A DNA stretch of 64,000 bases from Alphaproteobacteria bacterium. GTDB taxonomy: Bacteria; Pseudomonadota; Alphaproteobacteria; MPNO01; UBA830. The stretch's first letter is position 1; each line of letters opens with the position of its first letter. Below, one piece after another: positions 35,810 through 48,085 of this stretch. The position numbers and the translations under genes were made by a program. Location of the stretch: the NCBI GenBank assembly GCA_964291215.2, contig OZ219790.1, positions 2,208,001 to 2,272,000 of the forward strand, in the 5' to 3' direction. The notes under the pieces were generated by a model. The model was given only the letters and a program-made list of their open reading frames with translations. It had not been told where the DNA came from and ran no database searches.

Positions 35810-37091
35810 GTTAGGTTTGTTGGAAGGGTCGGTTTTGCTTGTTCAGGATGATTCGCATTTTCGCTGGCTTTTTGTGAAGCGGCGTAGTATCCGTTGTCGT
35901 GGGGGCAGCGGATTTTTTTGAGACGACTCCGGAGGGTTTTGCGCTCCGGGATGTGGTTGTGCGCCTTGCGCGGCCTGATATCGCTGGAACCGTGTTGTTG
36001 ACCGTATCTTGGTTTCAAGCAGTTTGCCGGTCGGGGTCTGCGTGTTTACTTGGCGCGGGCGGTGGATTGGTGCTGCGGGCTGGCAGACGGGCGCCCTCAG
36101 CTGCGCACCCGTTGGCTGGCGCCGCGAGGAACAGTTCAGGCGGTTGCCGGGAACAACACGAGGTTTGTTGTTCCTGGTGGTCGCCGAGTGTTTCCGGGCC
36201 TCGTTTGCGTTGTCGCGGATGGTGCGGCGGCGGCCGGGAGGCTGGCGTTGCTTGTTGCGGAGTCGTTTGTCTCGCCGACGAAGTTCAGCAGCACCATGTA
36301 CAAGGCGGCGAACCGGGAGTGTGTTGGCAGGAGCCATGCGCGCGCCAGCGGGCGCCATAGCGACCGGGGAGGCGAAGGATCTTTACGTGTTTCCGCTGCG
36401 TCGCGACGCGGGATCGTTCGCCGCTTCCTGTGGCGTGGGAGTTGCGGGCGCCGCTGGTCGGCGCAGGAGTTGCGCTCGATTTATCAGCGGCGCTTTCTGG
36501 CGCGGGGCACCGCATCGCCTCGGTGCTGTGCGTGATTTTGCTGGCTTGCGAACCGGCACGGTTGCGGCGGCGCACTACGACGCAGAAGGAGCTGGAGCAG
36601 CATGGAAGAACAGGGACAAGCCGGTCTCCACCGTGCACCGGGTGCTGCAGAACACCGACCCGGGATGGATCGAGGATGCGGCGCGCAGCCGCAGGTCGGC
36701 AACGCGGTCGACGGCAAGCGCATCGGCGAGGATCATTACGAGACAGTTTCGCTGGCCGGTATTCGATCCTCAACTATCACGACGGGGAGATCGCTGCCGT
36801 CCACGCCGCGACGGCGCTGGCCGTCTGCTCACCCTCGACGCGCTCCACACCACCCGCGAGGCTGATCATCGAGACCCATCGCGCGGACTGATGGTCAAGG
36901 GCAACGCACCTTCGAGAGAGCATCAACTGGAAGACCGCCAGCGCTACAACGAAAAGCCCGCGCATGGCCGCCAGCGCACCATCTTCACCCCGCTGGCGAA
37001 GATGATCAACTAATCAAGCAGATCTTCCGCGTCACCCGACGCGTCGAATTCAAGAAATCCGGAAAACCGAATACGCCATGACCTTATATGA
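35810..37091 (+). mobile_element. ISAs1-family transposase with DUF4338-like N-terminus, 5' part, heavily deleted
   Basis: GAAGWQ..AL, VA.N.RF, G.MY.AANR.CVG, AVDGKRI, LLTLDALH, LMVKGN; left boundary approximate. Confidence 0.7.
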
Positions 37092-38197
37092 CTAGTGTTA
37101 TGTCAGCAATGATATGTCGTACATTTGGTGCTAGACTGTCCGTCCATTCGGGATGGAAGTCGGAGTATGAAACGCTACGTGGTGACCCTGGACGAACGGG
37201 TAGAACTTTCGGAGATCAAGGGCTCGCACCTGTCGCAAAAGGTAATCAACGCCCTGCTTAACTGCGACGAGGGCGCGTTCAATGAATGCCAGATGACCGG
37301 GAAGGTCATTGCCGAGATTCTGCGCATCAGCATGCGCAAAGTAGACCGGGTGAAAAAGCGTTTCGAGGGGTTGGAGGCGGCATTGGGTGGCCGGCAAGGA
37401 CGCCGTCCTACCTACATGCGAAAAGCCGACGGCGTCTTCGAGGCGCGCTTGGTGGCCCTGAGTTGTGGTGAACCGCCTGAGGGTTACGCGCAATGGTCGT
37501 TGCGGCTGCTGGCCGACCGCGTTGTCGAGCTTGGTTACGCCGTGTCACACGAGACGGTGCGGCGTGTTCTAAAAAAAACTGCCTCAAGCCATGGCAGCGG
37601 GTGGGTGATTCCTCCTCAAGGGAACGCCGACTTCGCCGCAGCGAAGGTACTCGATCGCCGTCCCGCCGCTTTCCCCGTGGTCTGCATGGACGAAACGCCC
37701 CGACCGGCGAGACACGGCAACCGATCGCCATGGCGCCGGGACGGGCGTAACGACTACGAGTATCGACGTTGCGGCACCTGCAACGTCTTCACGGAACCCC
37801 TGGCCGGCAAGCGCATGACCAAGGTAACCGAGCGCAAGATCGACTGGGCGCAGTTCCTGGCCGACATCGCCGGGCGCTACCAGGACGCCATCACCATCAC
37901 CCTGGTGATGGACAATCTCAACACTCCCCGGCGCCTTCTATGAGGCCTACCCGCCGGACGAGGCCTTGTGGGACCGCTTCGAGTTCGTCTACACCCCCAA
38001 GCACGGCAGTTGGCTGAACGTGGTGGAACTCAACGTCATGATCCGCCTGAACCGCCGCATCGAGGTGTTACGCCGGGAAGTTGCCGCCTGGCAGGCGACC
38101 GCATCCAGGCCAAGGTGGATTGGCAGTTCACCACCGACGATGCCCGCGTGAAACTCAAACGTCTTTATCCGACATTTTATGAATGACAAAACACTAG
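37092..38197 (+). mobile_element. IS630-family element, degenerate
   Basis: CTAGTGTT..GTCA / TGACAAAACACTAG ends; WSLRLLAD, SHETVRRVLKK, CMDE, MDNLNT, YTPKHGSWLN. Confidence 0.9.
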
Positions 38198-39140
38198 GTT
38201 TTGTCCCCTTGATGATGAAATCATCCACAGCAGTTGGGGGCGGGAAAATGTGGATCTGTGGGAGAGCTATGGTTGCAGAGAGATTCCGCTCCCCTGAGCG
38301 AACACGCACAGGGGAGCGGGGATCAAACGATCTCCGCGGAGGTTGCCGTTTTGACCTTGACAGAGCCGCGACCGAGTGTGGTCGGCCAACCTCCCTTGAC
38401 GTCCCTCGCTGGATGCTTGAACCCGTATCATCGTAAGGCGAGGAGCAAGGGACGATGGTCAAGGTAGTAGCAGGGGTCAGCAAGGCCAGTCTGGACATCT
38501 GTGCGGCGGGCATTGTTTTGCGAACGACGCCACGAGCTGGCGGGCAGGTGGCTTCGCGGCCTCGGGGTGAGCCGGGTGGTGGGCGACAGGCCGCTATCAC
38601 CGCAAGGTTCACCAGTGTCTTCATGACCGGGGCTTCGAGGTTATTCTCGTCAACCCGTTGCGGGCTTCGCCGAGGCGATGGGCCATCTGGCGAAGACCGA
38701 CCGCGTCGACGCCAAGCAGGTGGCAGATGAGGTGGATGGCGAGACCGTCACAAGGGCCTCGGCGGCCGATCTCGATGATCGCATTGCCGGCGCGGCGATC
38801 AAAGCGGTGATCGCCGGTGATCCCGAGCAGAGGTATGCCATCCTGACCTCGATCCGGTGACCGCCGCGGCCCTTCTTTGCTGGATGCCCGAACTCGGCAG
38901 CGTCGGCAGCCTTGATCGGGGTGGCGCCGATGGCCAACGACCACGGTGCTCGGCATATCCGTGGCGGGCGCCGAAGGCCACGCGATCTCCTGTTCATGGC
39001 CGCAACCGGCACGCTTCAACGCGGACCTGGTGCGCCTCAAGACTGCCGGCAAGGCCCACAAGGTCGCGATTGTCGCCGTGATGCGCAAGCTCTGGCGAAC
39101 ACCCTGCTGCGACAGCAGCGTTGCCTGAAGCACCGGCACG
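38198..39140 (+). mobile_element. IS110-family element, degenerate, with a long structured 5' non-coding region
   Basis: GVSKASLD, VNP, AKTDRVDA, GVAP, IRGGR, GKAHKVAIVAVMRKL. Confidence 0.78.
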
Positions 39141-39379
39141 GTGAGTGAGCGAAGGAGACCACCCTCATGGCCCTCACCCCTGCCGAGAGCGCGATCGGGA
39201 CTGTCTCGACAGTCTCCCTCTACGACACGACTTGGGGAGAATGTCTGCAGATCATCGTCGAGGTCGACATCAAGGAGATCGAACCGCCTTGGGACACCTG
39301 GAACCCGGACGGTCACGTGCCCGGGGACGGCAAGGTAGCCGCGTTCACGTGACCAATGGACGGCAACCCGCCGCCGGGA

Positions 39380-39950
39380 CCACAAGCTTCATGTCGCCTC
39401 GCTCGCAGAGCAAACCCCACACCGCTTGTGGACAACCACAGAAAACATCACCACAGACACCCGCAAAAACCTTGCCAAGAAACATGGATGCTCGGTCGAG
39501 CGCGCCTCGCCGCAACAGCTGCTCGCATGGAATCGCGGACACTGGGTAGTCGAGAGCCACCATCATGTCCGCGATGCCACCTTCCGCGAAGACGACTCCA
39601 TGCTCCGAACGCACCCGCAAACAACGCAATCACCCTCGCCGTCATCATCCGCAACAAACGCAAGCTGCGCAAACCCTTCAACAGCTTCCCACCATGGCAA
39701 CAAGCGCAAGCAGGTCCTGCACGCAATCACAAGACCAGGCTGATCGAGCCTCTCTCCCCGACAGAAACTGCAAGCTTTCGAGCCCGGCAACCAAGGCCTC
39801 TCGCTCGCCCCGGATACGCCGACCAATCGCACCCCGATCGACGCCGTAACAGCGCGTCAGCAAATCTCAAAATCGCAGCCTCGAACGCGTCGACCCGCGC
39901 CACGATCAGGACTCCGATCACATCACATCAACAAGCATGGGATCACCTTG
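39380..39950 (+). mobile_element. ISAs1-family 3' part and right end
   Basis: RGHWVVESHHHVRDATFRED; terminal about 45 bp match 8492-8537 inverted. Confidence 0.75.
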
Positions 39951-41001
39951 GCAAACGGAGCAACGGATCTGGGGCGGATCTTTGGTCAGCTCTTCGAGCT
40001 TGCGATGCAAATCGAGCGCGAGCAGCACTTGAATGCGGGCCGCTACGAACGGACACCGGAACGACAGGGCTATGCCAACGGCTACAAGCGGATCGACACC
40101 CCCACTGTTACCGTTCAGGTACCAAAGACGGCCGGTCACGGGGACGACCCGTCCCCAGTCGCTTGAACGCAGCCAGCGATCTTCTCGCGCCGTAGCCGAG
40201 ATGTACATCAAGGGTGTTTCCACACGGCAGGATGTAATGCGCGAGTTCGGGAGCCTGTCCTCTTCTCAGGTCAGCCGGGCCACCAGGTTGCTCGATGAAG
40301 AACTCGCCGCGCAACCGGCCCCTGATGAAATACCTGGATGCGCGCTACGAAAAAGCCCGCCATGACGGCGTTGTGCGCGATGTCGCAGTGCTCTCGGCCA
40401 TCGGAATAGGGGCTGCAGGCACGTTCTGGGGCTCTCTGTGGCGCTCTCCGAGGCCGAGGTCCATTGGAGAGCCTTCCTGGAAAGCTTGCTAGCCCTGCAT
40501 GGTACGACCTTCATCGTCTCGGATGCCGGGCTGAAAGCAGCACGACGCGCGGTGCTGGGCGCGGCGATGTGGCAGCGCTGCCAGTTCCACCTGGCGCAAA
40601 ACGCCGTGCACCGAACAACGACATCAGGAAACGTATTGGAAAACAGCTCGGAGCCATGCGTCCTCACTCCAAACCGCCGAGGCTGAACTGGCCGCCCTCG
40701 TGGCCAGCTATCGCGACAAGCATCCAAGCTTCCTGGCTGGAAAACAATGCGGGGCTCGCTGTCTTCACCTTGCCCGATGCTCACCACAAGCGCATGCGAA
40801 CCTCGAATGGCATCGAGCGACCGATCCAGCAAGAGCTCAAGCGGCGCACCTCCAAAGTCAGGGTCTTTCCGAACCTCGCCTCATTGGAGCGCCTCTCAAC
40901 CGCGGTCCTCATCGACGAAAAATGGGAAACCGAAACCAAGATCAAATGGGAACAGCTCGATCAGCTTCACGACAATTTCCAGACATCGGGTTGCGTAATC
41001 C
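39951..41001 (+). mobile_element. IS256-family copy, 5'-truncated
   Basis: Near-identical to 21442-22481. Confidence 0.9.
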
Positions 41002-41108
41002 CATCTTGTACAGGAACTCTCGCCGCTACTGGACAGCTCCGCAACATCATGCGTCTAAAAACACATGGCCACAGCCCATCATGTGTTGCACTTCACTATG
41101 GAACGGGG
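41001..41108 (-). repeat. IS30-family left-end fragment
   Basis: Matches about 60450-60557, which precedes an IS30 transposase start. Confidence 0.75.
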
Positions 41109-41257
41109 GTCAGAAAGCTCAGCGCATCCGGCACAAAAGGCGCGTCTGCCTGCTGGCCGAAAAGGTCGGTGGGCGTCAGTGACAGCGACAGACCGGCTGC
41201 CGCGCCGGCCACGCCAATCAGGAACGCGCGGCGGGTGGGCGTTTGAAACAGGGTCAT
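41109..41257 (-). pseudogene. Truncated Tat-signal N-terminus, probably an IorB-like molybdopterin subunit
   Basis: MTLFQTPTRRAFLIGVAG.. with GGAGG RBS directly downstream of the IorA-like gene; cut by the IS30 end. Confidence 0.65.
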
Positions 41258-41267
41258 TTCGGCCTCC

Positions 41268-41720
41268 TCAAACCGATTCGGCGGCGTGACGGATCGCGGC
41301 CTTGATGCGTGGGTAAGTTCCGCACCGACAGATATTTGTCATGGCATCGTCGATGTCCTGATCCGTCGGCTCGGGAATTTCGGCCAGCAGGGCTGCGGCG
41401 GCCATCAGCTGCCCCGACTGGCAGTAACCGCATTGCGGCACGTCAATCTCCAGCCAGGCCTGTTGCACAGCATGTAATGCGTCGGGTGTACCCAGTCCCT
41501 CGATTGTGGTGATCTCGGCCCCCTCCGCTGTGTCCGCAGGATAGGAGCAGGACCGGACCGCCACGCCGTCCACATGCACCGTGCAGGCCCCGCATTGGGC
41601 GATACCACAGCCGAACTTTGTTCCCGTCAGCCCTGCTTCTTCCCGGATTGCCCACAAGAGCGGCGTGCCCGGATCGACATCCGCTTCAATTTCCCGACCG
41701 TTTATCTTGAGTTGGACCAT
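41268..41720 (-). CDS. iorA: (2Fe-2S)-binding subunit, isoquinoline 1-oxidoreductase alpha-like
   Basis: [32 protein letters not shown]. Confidence 0.9.
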   Translation of the reverse strand: MVQLKINGREIEADVDPGTPLLWAIREEAGLTGTKFGCGIAQCGACTVHVDGVAVRSCSYPADTAEGAEITTIEGLGTPDALHAVQQAWLEIDVPQCGYCQSGQLMAAAALLAEIPEPTDQDIDDAMTNICRCGTYPRIKAAIRHAAESV

Positions 41721-41790
41721 ATCGCCCTCCCTGATTCAGTTGTCTTGATTAGACACGTCACAAAGCCCGACCGCCTTGTAGTATCGTGCT

Positions 41791-42642
41791 TTAATTGCCC
41801 ACGATTTCGTTACGCCACTCCGAGGGCGTGGTGCCGGTCAGACGTTTGAACGTGTGCGAGAAGTGGGACTCGTCGTGATAGCCCATGGCCGCCGCGATAA
41901 TCGCACCGGTGTTGCGATGATCCCGCAGAAGGGACTTGGCCCGCTCGACCTTGAGGCGCAGGACGAATTCGTAGGGCGCATAGCCTGTCGAAGCCTTAAA
42001 GGCGCGACTGAATGCATAGTGGCTCATGCCCGCCACCTTGGCCAGATCACCAACCCTGACGGTCTGGTCGTGCTGTTCGATCAAATATTCGATCACGCCC
42101 CGCATTTGCGTTGGCGACAGGCTGTGCGTCGGCATTCCGGGAGTCCCGCTGTTGCCGAGAATGGCACCGAACAGCGTTTCTATGATCAGATCACCGTGGA
42201 AAACCGGGGTGCGTAACTCATCTAAAATCAAAGGCCCGAAACGTTGAATCCTGTCACCCGGTAACACCCAATGTCCCGGTGCAACCATCCCGGCCAAGGC
42301 ATTATCCGCTTCGACCAGGTCTTGCGGGATGGAAAGACGCAGATACTCTGCCTCGCACGCCCAGACCCGTTTCGAATAGGGTTTCTGCCGCATGATGACG
42401 GTTTTTCCCGGTGGGGCAGGGCTCATCCGGTAAGGACCGCCATCGCTCCACCAGACCACCGAACCGCTGCCAAGCTGGATGTGGACCTCGATCCCGCTCA
42501 CGAAATCCGGTTCCACATAGCCGGCCGTCGATTTCTCGACGACGGCTGTGATCCGCTGCCAGCCGAGATCGGCGCTGGTCGCGATTTCCGAGATGTTTGA
42601 TGGGCCAAGGTCAAGCAAGGTGGTATCCTGTTGAAAATTCAT
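41791..42642 (-). CDS. AraC family regulator
   Basis: C-terminal double HTH (LAKVAGMS..F.RAFK...G; GY.DESHF...FK...G.TP). Confidence 0.92.
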   Translation of the reverse strand: MNFQQDTTLLDLGPSNISEIATSADLGWQRITAVVEKSTAGYVEPDFVSGIEVHIQLGSGSVVWWSDGGPYRMSPAPPGKTVIMRQKPYSKRVWACEAEYLRLSIPQDLVEADNALAGMVAPGHWVLPGDRIQRFGPLILDELRTPVFHGDLIIETLFGAILGNSGTPGMPTHSLSPTQMRGVIEYLIEQHDQTVRVGDLAKVAGMSHYAFSRAFKASTGYAPYEFVLRLKVERAKSLLRDHRNTGAIIAAAMGYHDESHFSHTFKRLTGTTPSEWRNEIVGN

Positions 42643-42872
42643 GGGTGAACGCGGGGTTCCTGGGTTTCGTGGCGGTTATGGCGATCGGCTTTCATCGTCG
42701 CTCAATCAACTGTTGCACGATGCGCCGGTCCTGCGCGCGCACAGTGCCCTATGGTGTCGCGGAACGCGGGATCGAGGCCGATCCGGTCACCCTGATCCTC
42801 GGGCCACGCGTCAACCGGCACAAGCAGCCCGAGCATCAGACATATGGCAACACGGATCGTCATCGCGGCATG

Positions 42873-43259
42873 CTACCTGCCGGTCACGCGCCAACTGTCG
42901 ATCTTGCCGTCCTTGACGGCAAAGATGTAACGCGCGGGCCGCGTGGCGTTACCGCCTCTGCCCCACAGAACCTCGGCGTCGACCGTGCCGTCCGCGACCG
43001 TCGCGGCTTCGATCTCAAAGACAGACCCCGGGCCGGTGATGTCGCTTTGCAGCCAGCTGTCGAAGCTGTCGCCGCGGTTCAGATCGCCATCTACCGAGTA
43101 GGCATAGCCCGCATCCTCGGTGAAAGCTGCGGCGACGGCCTCGGTATTGCCGGCCTTTAGGGCGGCGACCAGCGCGTCGACCGCATCGCGGGCCGGATCG
43201 GCTTTCGCCGGCAGGGCCGCCGAGGCGGCGAGGATAAGAGAGAGTGCGAGATGTTTCAT
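42873..43259 (-). CDS. Secreted NTF2/SnoaL-like protein
   Basis: Sec signal peptide, F.EDA, F.V.DGKI. Confidence 0.75.
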   Translation of the reverse strand: MKHLALSLILAASAALPAKADPARDAVDALVAALKAGNTEAVAAAFTEDAGYAYSVDGDLNRGDSFDSWLQSDITGPGSVFEIEAATVADGTVDAEVLWGRGGNATRPARYIFAVKDGKIDSWRVTGR

Positions 43260-43283
43260 TGCATCGTCCTTTCGTTGGTCAAA

Positions 43284-46200
43284 TCAGCTGCCCGGCGTGT
43301 CGCGGACAAATTCGCTGCCGCGTTGCGCTGTCATGGTGAAAGTCATGGCGTTCACCTTCCAGCCGCCGTCGGTACGGGTGAAGCCGTGCTCATAGGTGCC
43401 CCATACTTCCCAGAGCGCCTCGCCGCCGTTTTCGGCCAGCGCACCGCGCTCCATCCGGTTCCAGGCATAGCCATGCGACAGCATCGTGGCGTTGTCTGCG
43501 TCATGGAAGGTCACGCGGTGATTGCCGCGCAGATGGAAGGATGTCTTCTCCGCGGTCAGATTGCCCGACCAGCCTGCCATCAGTCCATCTGCCGGGATCG
43601 TGGCAGGCTCGCCGCCCACCAGCGAGGTGAAATCAACGGTAATCTCGTCTGTGAAGTAGCTGCGCGTCAGCACCCAGTCCTTGGCGTCAACGCCGGCGTC
43701 AATCGCATCGGCGATGCGGATCATCTCGGCCTGATCGACGAGTGTCTCGGCAGTCAGTGGTTCCCCGCCCAGTTGCGTCTCAGCATATGCGGGGGGCGCA
43801 GCGATCGCCACGGCGGTTATGAGTGTTGTCAGTGTAACTGCTCACCCCCCTAGTTCCAGCTTGATATCGGGGTAGAGCAACGAACGGGTTTTCGTGAAGA
43901 TTTGACATATCTACTCACCCCTAGTTGGGTTCTGATTGGTCGTAGTGCTCGTTGATGATGTCTGCGGCTTTTCCGTCGAGGGCGATCTGGGTGGCGACGT
44001 GATGATTGTAGCCGAGTGCGGCCATGGAGGTGAGGTAGCTTGAGCCCCGGCACCATGCTTTTGCGTGGAGCATGGTGCGGAAGCATCCGGACACCTTGAC
44101 CTTTGCCATCCTGATCTTCTGTTCTCCGGCATTGTTGGTGAAGCTGACGTCGGGGTTGTCTATGAAGCGCAAAACGGACTTTTCGTGTTTCACGAGACGT
44201 TCGTGCAGGTTGTGCGCGTCGGACTTGCGTCCACGTTTTCCTTTCGTCGGCGGCGGGATATCGGGCAGTTCCCTGGCGCCCTGATGGTGCGGTAGCGCTT
44301 GCGTACGGCCCGGCGTCGTTCAGGGTCTTGGATGCGCTCTTGTTGACCTTGTGGCAGGGAGCAGGCTCTTCATCAGTCGCGCCCAGCGGTAGCCTCGACG
44401 ACAAAGGTCAGTTCGCGCAGCAGGTGGCTGCCGCACAGCTGGTGGCTACATTGGTCATAGCCCATGTACGAGGCCCAGGACGCCCTTGTAGCACGGGCCG
44501 ATCTCTTGCCCGCGCTTGCGGTGCGGGAACTTGCACGTCAGGGTCCCACGACATGGAGCCACTTACTGTTGATCCGAAATCGTCGACATCGGGCGTTGCA
44601 GGAGGTGCGCCACGGCGGCCTCCTCCCATGACGCATCGTGAAAGCATAGCCGAGGCCTCGGAGAGCTTGATGCCGGAGATCGCCTGCACGAACGCGACGG
44701 CGCAGGGATAGCATCTGGGCGACCAGCAGGTTGATAACGAGGGCCTGGATGCCGATGCCGTACTGCACGGGATGTTGTCGGGGAACCGGCCCCGGGCCTT
44801 GCACTTCGGGCATTCCTTGATCTCGGCGCGGCGCTCGACGACCTCGAACACGATGTCGTAGAGGACGCGGCGCTCCCGATCGACGGGGCCGTCGATGTCG
44901 GCGCCGCAGGCGTCGCAGGCCGCGACCGTCTCCTCGACGATGATCTTGCGCAGGTTGTCGCCCATCTGCCGGTTCGGCTTCGGGCCCTTGCCGTTGCTCC
45001 CGGCACGCTCTCGTCCTTGTCCGTCTGTGACGGCGGCAGACCGGAGTTCCGGCTCGTGCGTGGTCTTCTCCAGAAGGACGACGATGATGATGTCGAGCAG
45101 GATGACGAGGACGCGGATGACGGCCTCTTCCGCCACCTTGCCGGCCGCACGCAGCGCCGCGATCCGGGTCTTGGCCGCTTCGAACTCCTCGCGCAGCGAC
45201 GCCGCGTTGACCGTCGCCATCACCCGGCCTTGCGCTTCATTAGCGCGCCGCTTCCGAGATGCGTTTCCACATACAGATCATGCGGGGGCTGGAGCCCCGG
45301 AAGCAGCTGGCACAGCCCGCTCGTCGCCTTCGATCCAAAGTAGCCCACTGGCGGTCCCCGTCGTTCTCGATTACCACCACTAAACGAATCGGCCTGCAGT
45401 GTCAAATCTTCACAAAAACCCGTTCGTTGCTCTACCCCGACATCAAGCCGGAACCAGGGGGTGAGCAGTTACGATTTGACACTGTGGACGGATTCTGCTA
45501 GATTTATCGCCAAAATAGTTTATTCATTTGGTGTGGATCTGCTATCGATGATGTCATGGATGCTATGGTCGATACGCTGCGGTATCTACTCACCCCTAAT
45601 TGGGTTCTGATTGGTCGTAGTGCTCGTTGATGATGTCTGCGGCTTTTCCGTCGAGGGCGATCTGGGTGGCGACGAGTGGGTTGTAGCCGAGTGCCGCCAT
45701 GGAGGTGAGGTAGCTCGAGCCCCGGCACCATGCTTTTGCGTGGAGCGGAAGCACCCGGACACCTTGACCTTTGCCATCCTGATCTTCTGTTCTCCGGCAT
45801 TGTTGGTGAAGCTGACGTTGGGGTCGTCTGTAAAGCGCAGGTTTTCGTGTTTCACGAGACGTTCGTGCAGGTTGTGCGCGTTTGCGTCCACGTTTTCCTT
45901 TCGGCGGCGGCGGCGGGATGTCGGGCAGTTCCCTGGCGCCCTGAGTGAGGATGGTGCGGTAGCGCTTGCGCACGGCCCGGAGGTCGGCCTCGTTCAGGGT
46001 TTTGGATGCGCTCTTGTTGACCTTGTGGCAGACCTCGCGGAGCAGGCTCTTCATCAGTCGCGCGGTAGCCTCGACGACAAAGGTCAGTTCGCGCAGCAGG
46101 TGGCTGCCGCACAGCTGGTGGCTACACTGGTCATAGCCCATGTACGAGGCCCAGCAGTCGTGGACCAGGACGCCCTTGTAACACGGGATGATGCCGATCT

Positions 46201-47193
46201 CTTGCCTCCCGGCCGCGCTTGCGGTGCGGGAACTTGCACGTCAGGGTCCCACGACATGGAGCCACTTGCCGTTGATCCGAAATCGTCGACATCGGGCGTT
46301 GCAGGAGGTGCGCCACGGCAGCCTCCTCCCATGACACGAGCGCATCGTGAAAGCATAGCCGAGGCAGGTTGCCTCGGAGAGCTTGATGCCGGAGATCGCC
46401 TGCACGAGCGCGACAGCACGGCGCAGGGACAGCATCTGGGCGACCAGCAGGTTGATGACGAGGGCTTGGATGCCGATGCCGTACTACACGGGATGTTTTC
46501 GGGGAACCGGCCCTTGGTCCGGGCCTTGCACTTCGGGCATTCCTTGATCTCGGCGCGGCGCTCGACGACCTCGAACACGATGTCGTAGAGGACGCGGCGC
46601 TCCCGATCGACGGGGCCGTCGATGTCAGCGCCGCAGGCGTCGCAGGCCGCGACCGTCTCCTCGACGATAGTCTTGCGCAGGTTGTCGCCCATCTGCCGGT
46701 TCGGCTTCGGGCCGTTGCTTCCGGCACGCTCTTGTCCGTCTGTGACGGCGGCAGACCGGAGTTCCGGCTCGTGCGTGGTCTTCTCCAAAAGGCCGACGAT
46801 GAGGATGTCGAGCAGGATGACGAAGACGCGGATCACGGCATCGACATCTTTCGGCACCTTGCCGGCAGCGCCGCGGTCCGGGTCTTGGCCGCTTCGAACT
46901 CCTCGCGCGCCGCGTTGACCGTCGCCATCACCCGGCCTTGCGCTTCATCAGCGCGCCGCTTCCGAGATGCGTTTTCACATACAGATCATGCGGGGGCCGG
47001 AGCCCCGGAAGCAGCTGGCACAGCCCGCTCGTCGCCTTCGATCCAAAGTAGCCCACTGGCGGTCCCCGTCGTTCTCGATGACCACCACTAAACGAATCGG
47101 CCTGCAGTGTCAAATCTCCACGAAAACCCGTTCGTTGCTCTACCCCGACATCAAGCCGAAACCAGGGGGTGAGCAGTTACCTGTCAGTTTCAT
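43284..47193 (-). pseudogene. Secreted SnoaL-like protein split at codon 4-5 by the IS66 nest
   Basis: ATG AAA CTG ACA at 47193-47182 continues at 43833 as TLITAVAIAA; D.KDW, FTDEITVDFTS, G.YEH, GGWKV. Confidence 0.8.
43834..47180. mobile_element. Nested IS66 composite: left-end stub, copy 43907-45472(-), 109-bp spacer, copy 45582-47180(-)
   Basis: Same IRs as 6566-8157; inner TSD GATTTGAC; outer near-TSD (T/C)TGTCAGT. Confidence 0.88.
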
Positions 47194-47225
47194 TGCGTCC
47201 TTTCCTTTCTCAGAACTTCAATACG

Positions 47226-48008
47226 TCAGGGCGCGGCGTTTCTCGCCAGCCGGAAGCCCAGATCGTTGTCGTGGGGTGAGGGCGCATGGCGCAGCTCGGC
47301 ACTTCGATTGGTGCTGCGCGCGCGGTTTGGATCATAGGTCACGCTTCCGCCCCGGGACACGCGACGGTCGCCGCTTTCGGGTCCTTTCGGATCGACCGTC
47401 GCCGCGTTGGGATAGGGTGCGTAGAAATCCCAGACCCACTCCCAGACATTGCCACTCATATCGTGCAGGCCCAGTTCATTCGGGGCCAGTTGGCCGACCG
47501 GCCGCACCGCCGTCGCATTGTCCTGATACCAGCCAACCGTGCTCAGGTTGTCACTGCCCGCGAAGATGTAGCCTTCGCTGTCCACACCGCCCCGGGCCGC
47601 AAATTCCCACTCGGCTTCAGTGGGAAGGCGATAGCCATTCGCGGACCAGTCCACGGCAACCTCGTCTGACGACAAGTCATAGACCGGTGTCAGACCTCCC
47701 TGGACGCTCAGCGCATTGGCGAAGGTCAGTGCATCGCGCCACGAGACCTCCGTTACGGGAAGATCGAGGTCTCCCTCCGATGCACCTGGGACAGAGCCCA
47801 TTACGGCCAGATACTCGCCGCGCGTGACCTCGAACTTGCCGATTTCGAAGGCGGAGAGCCGGACCTGTTGGGTATTGTGCTCGTCGCGCTCACCACCGGT
47901 CGCGCCGCGCTCGAACGTGCCGCCTGCGACAGGGACCATTTCGAGTGCCGTCGCCGAAACAGGATAAGCCGCGCTTAGGGCACTGATGAAAAGGATGTGA
48001 TTGAACAT
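47226..48008 (-). CDS. Formylglycine-generating enzyme (SUMF1) domain protein, secreted
   Basis: YRLPTEAEWEFAARGG, PNELGLHDMSGNVWEW, RGGS, LGFRL; signal peptide. Confidence 0.9.
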   Translation of the reverse strand: MFNHILFISALSAAYPVSATALEMVPVAGGTFERGATGGERDEHNTQQVRLSAFEIGKFEVTRGEYLAVMGSVPGASEGDLDLPVTEVSWRDALTFANALSVQGGLTPVYDLSSDEVAVDWSANGYRLPTEAEWEFAARGGVDSEGYIFAGSDNLSTVGWYQDNATAVRPVGQLAPNELGLHDMSGNVWEWVWDFYAPYPNAATVDPKGPESGDRRVSRGGSVTYDPNRARSTNRSAELRHAPSPHDNDLGFRLARNAAP

Positions 48009-48085
48009 GGTAAACCTATGAGATGATTGGGGGTATGCCGAGCATTTCAGGGGGCGAAGCCCGCCCACTGAATTTGGGCTGCCGC

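Noticed and set aside
35810-36420. Druantia defence system
   Set aside because: The DUF4338-like segment is part of a transposase fusion; no other dru genes seen
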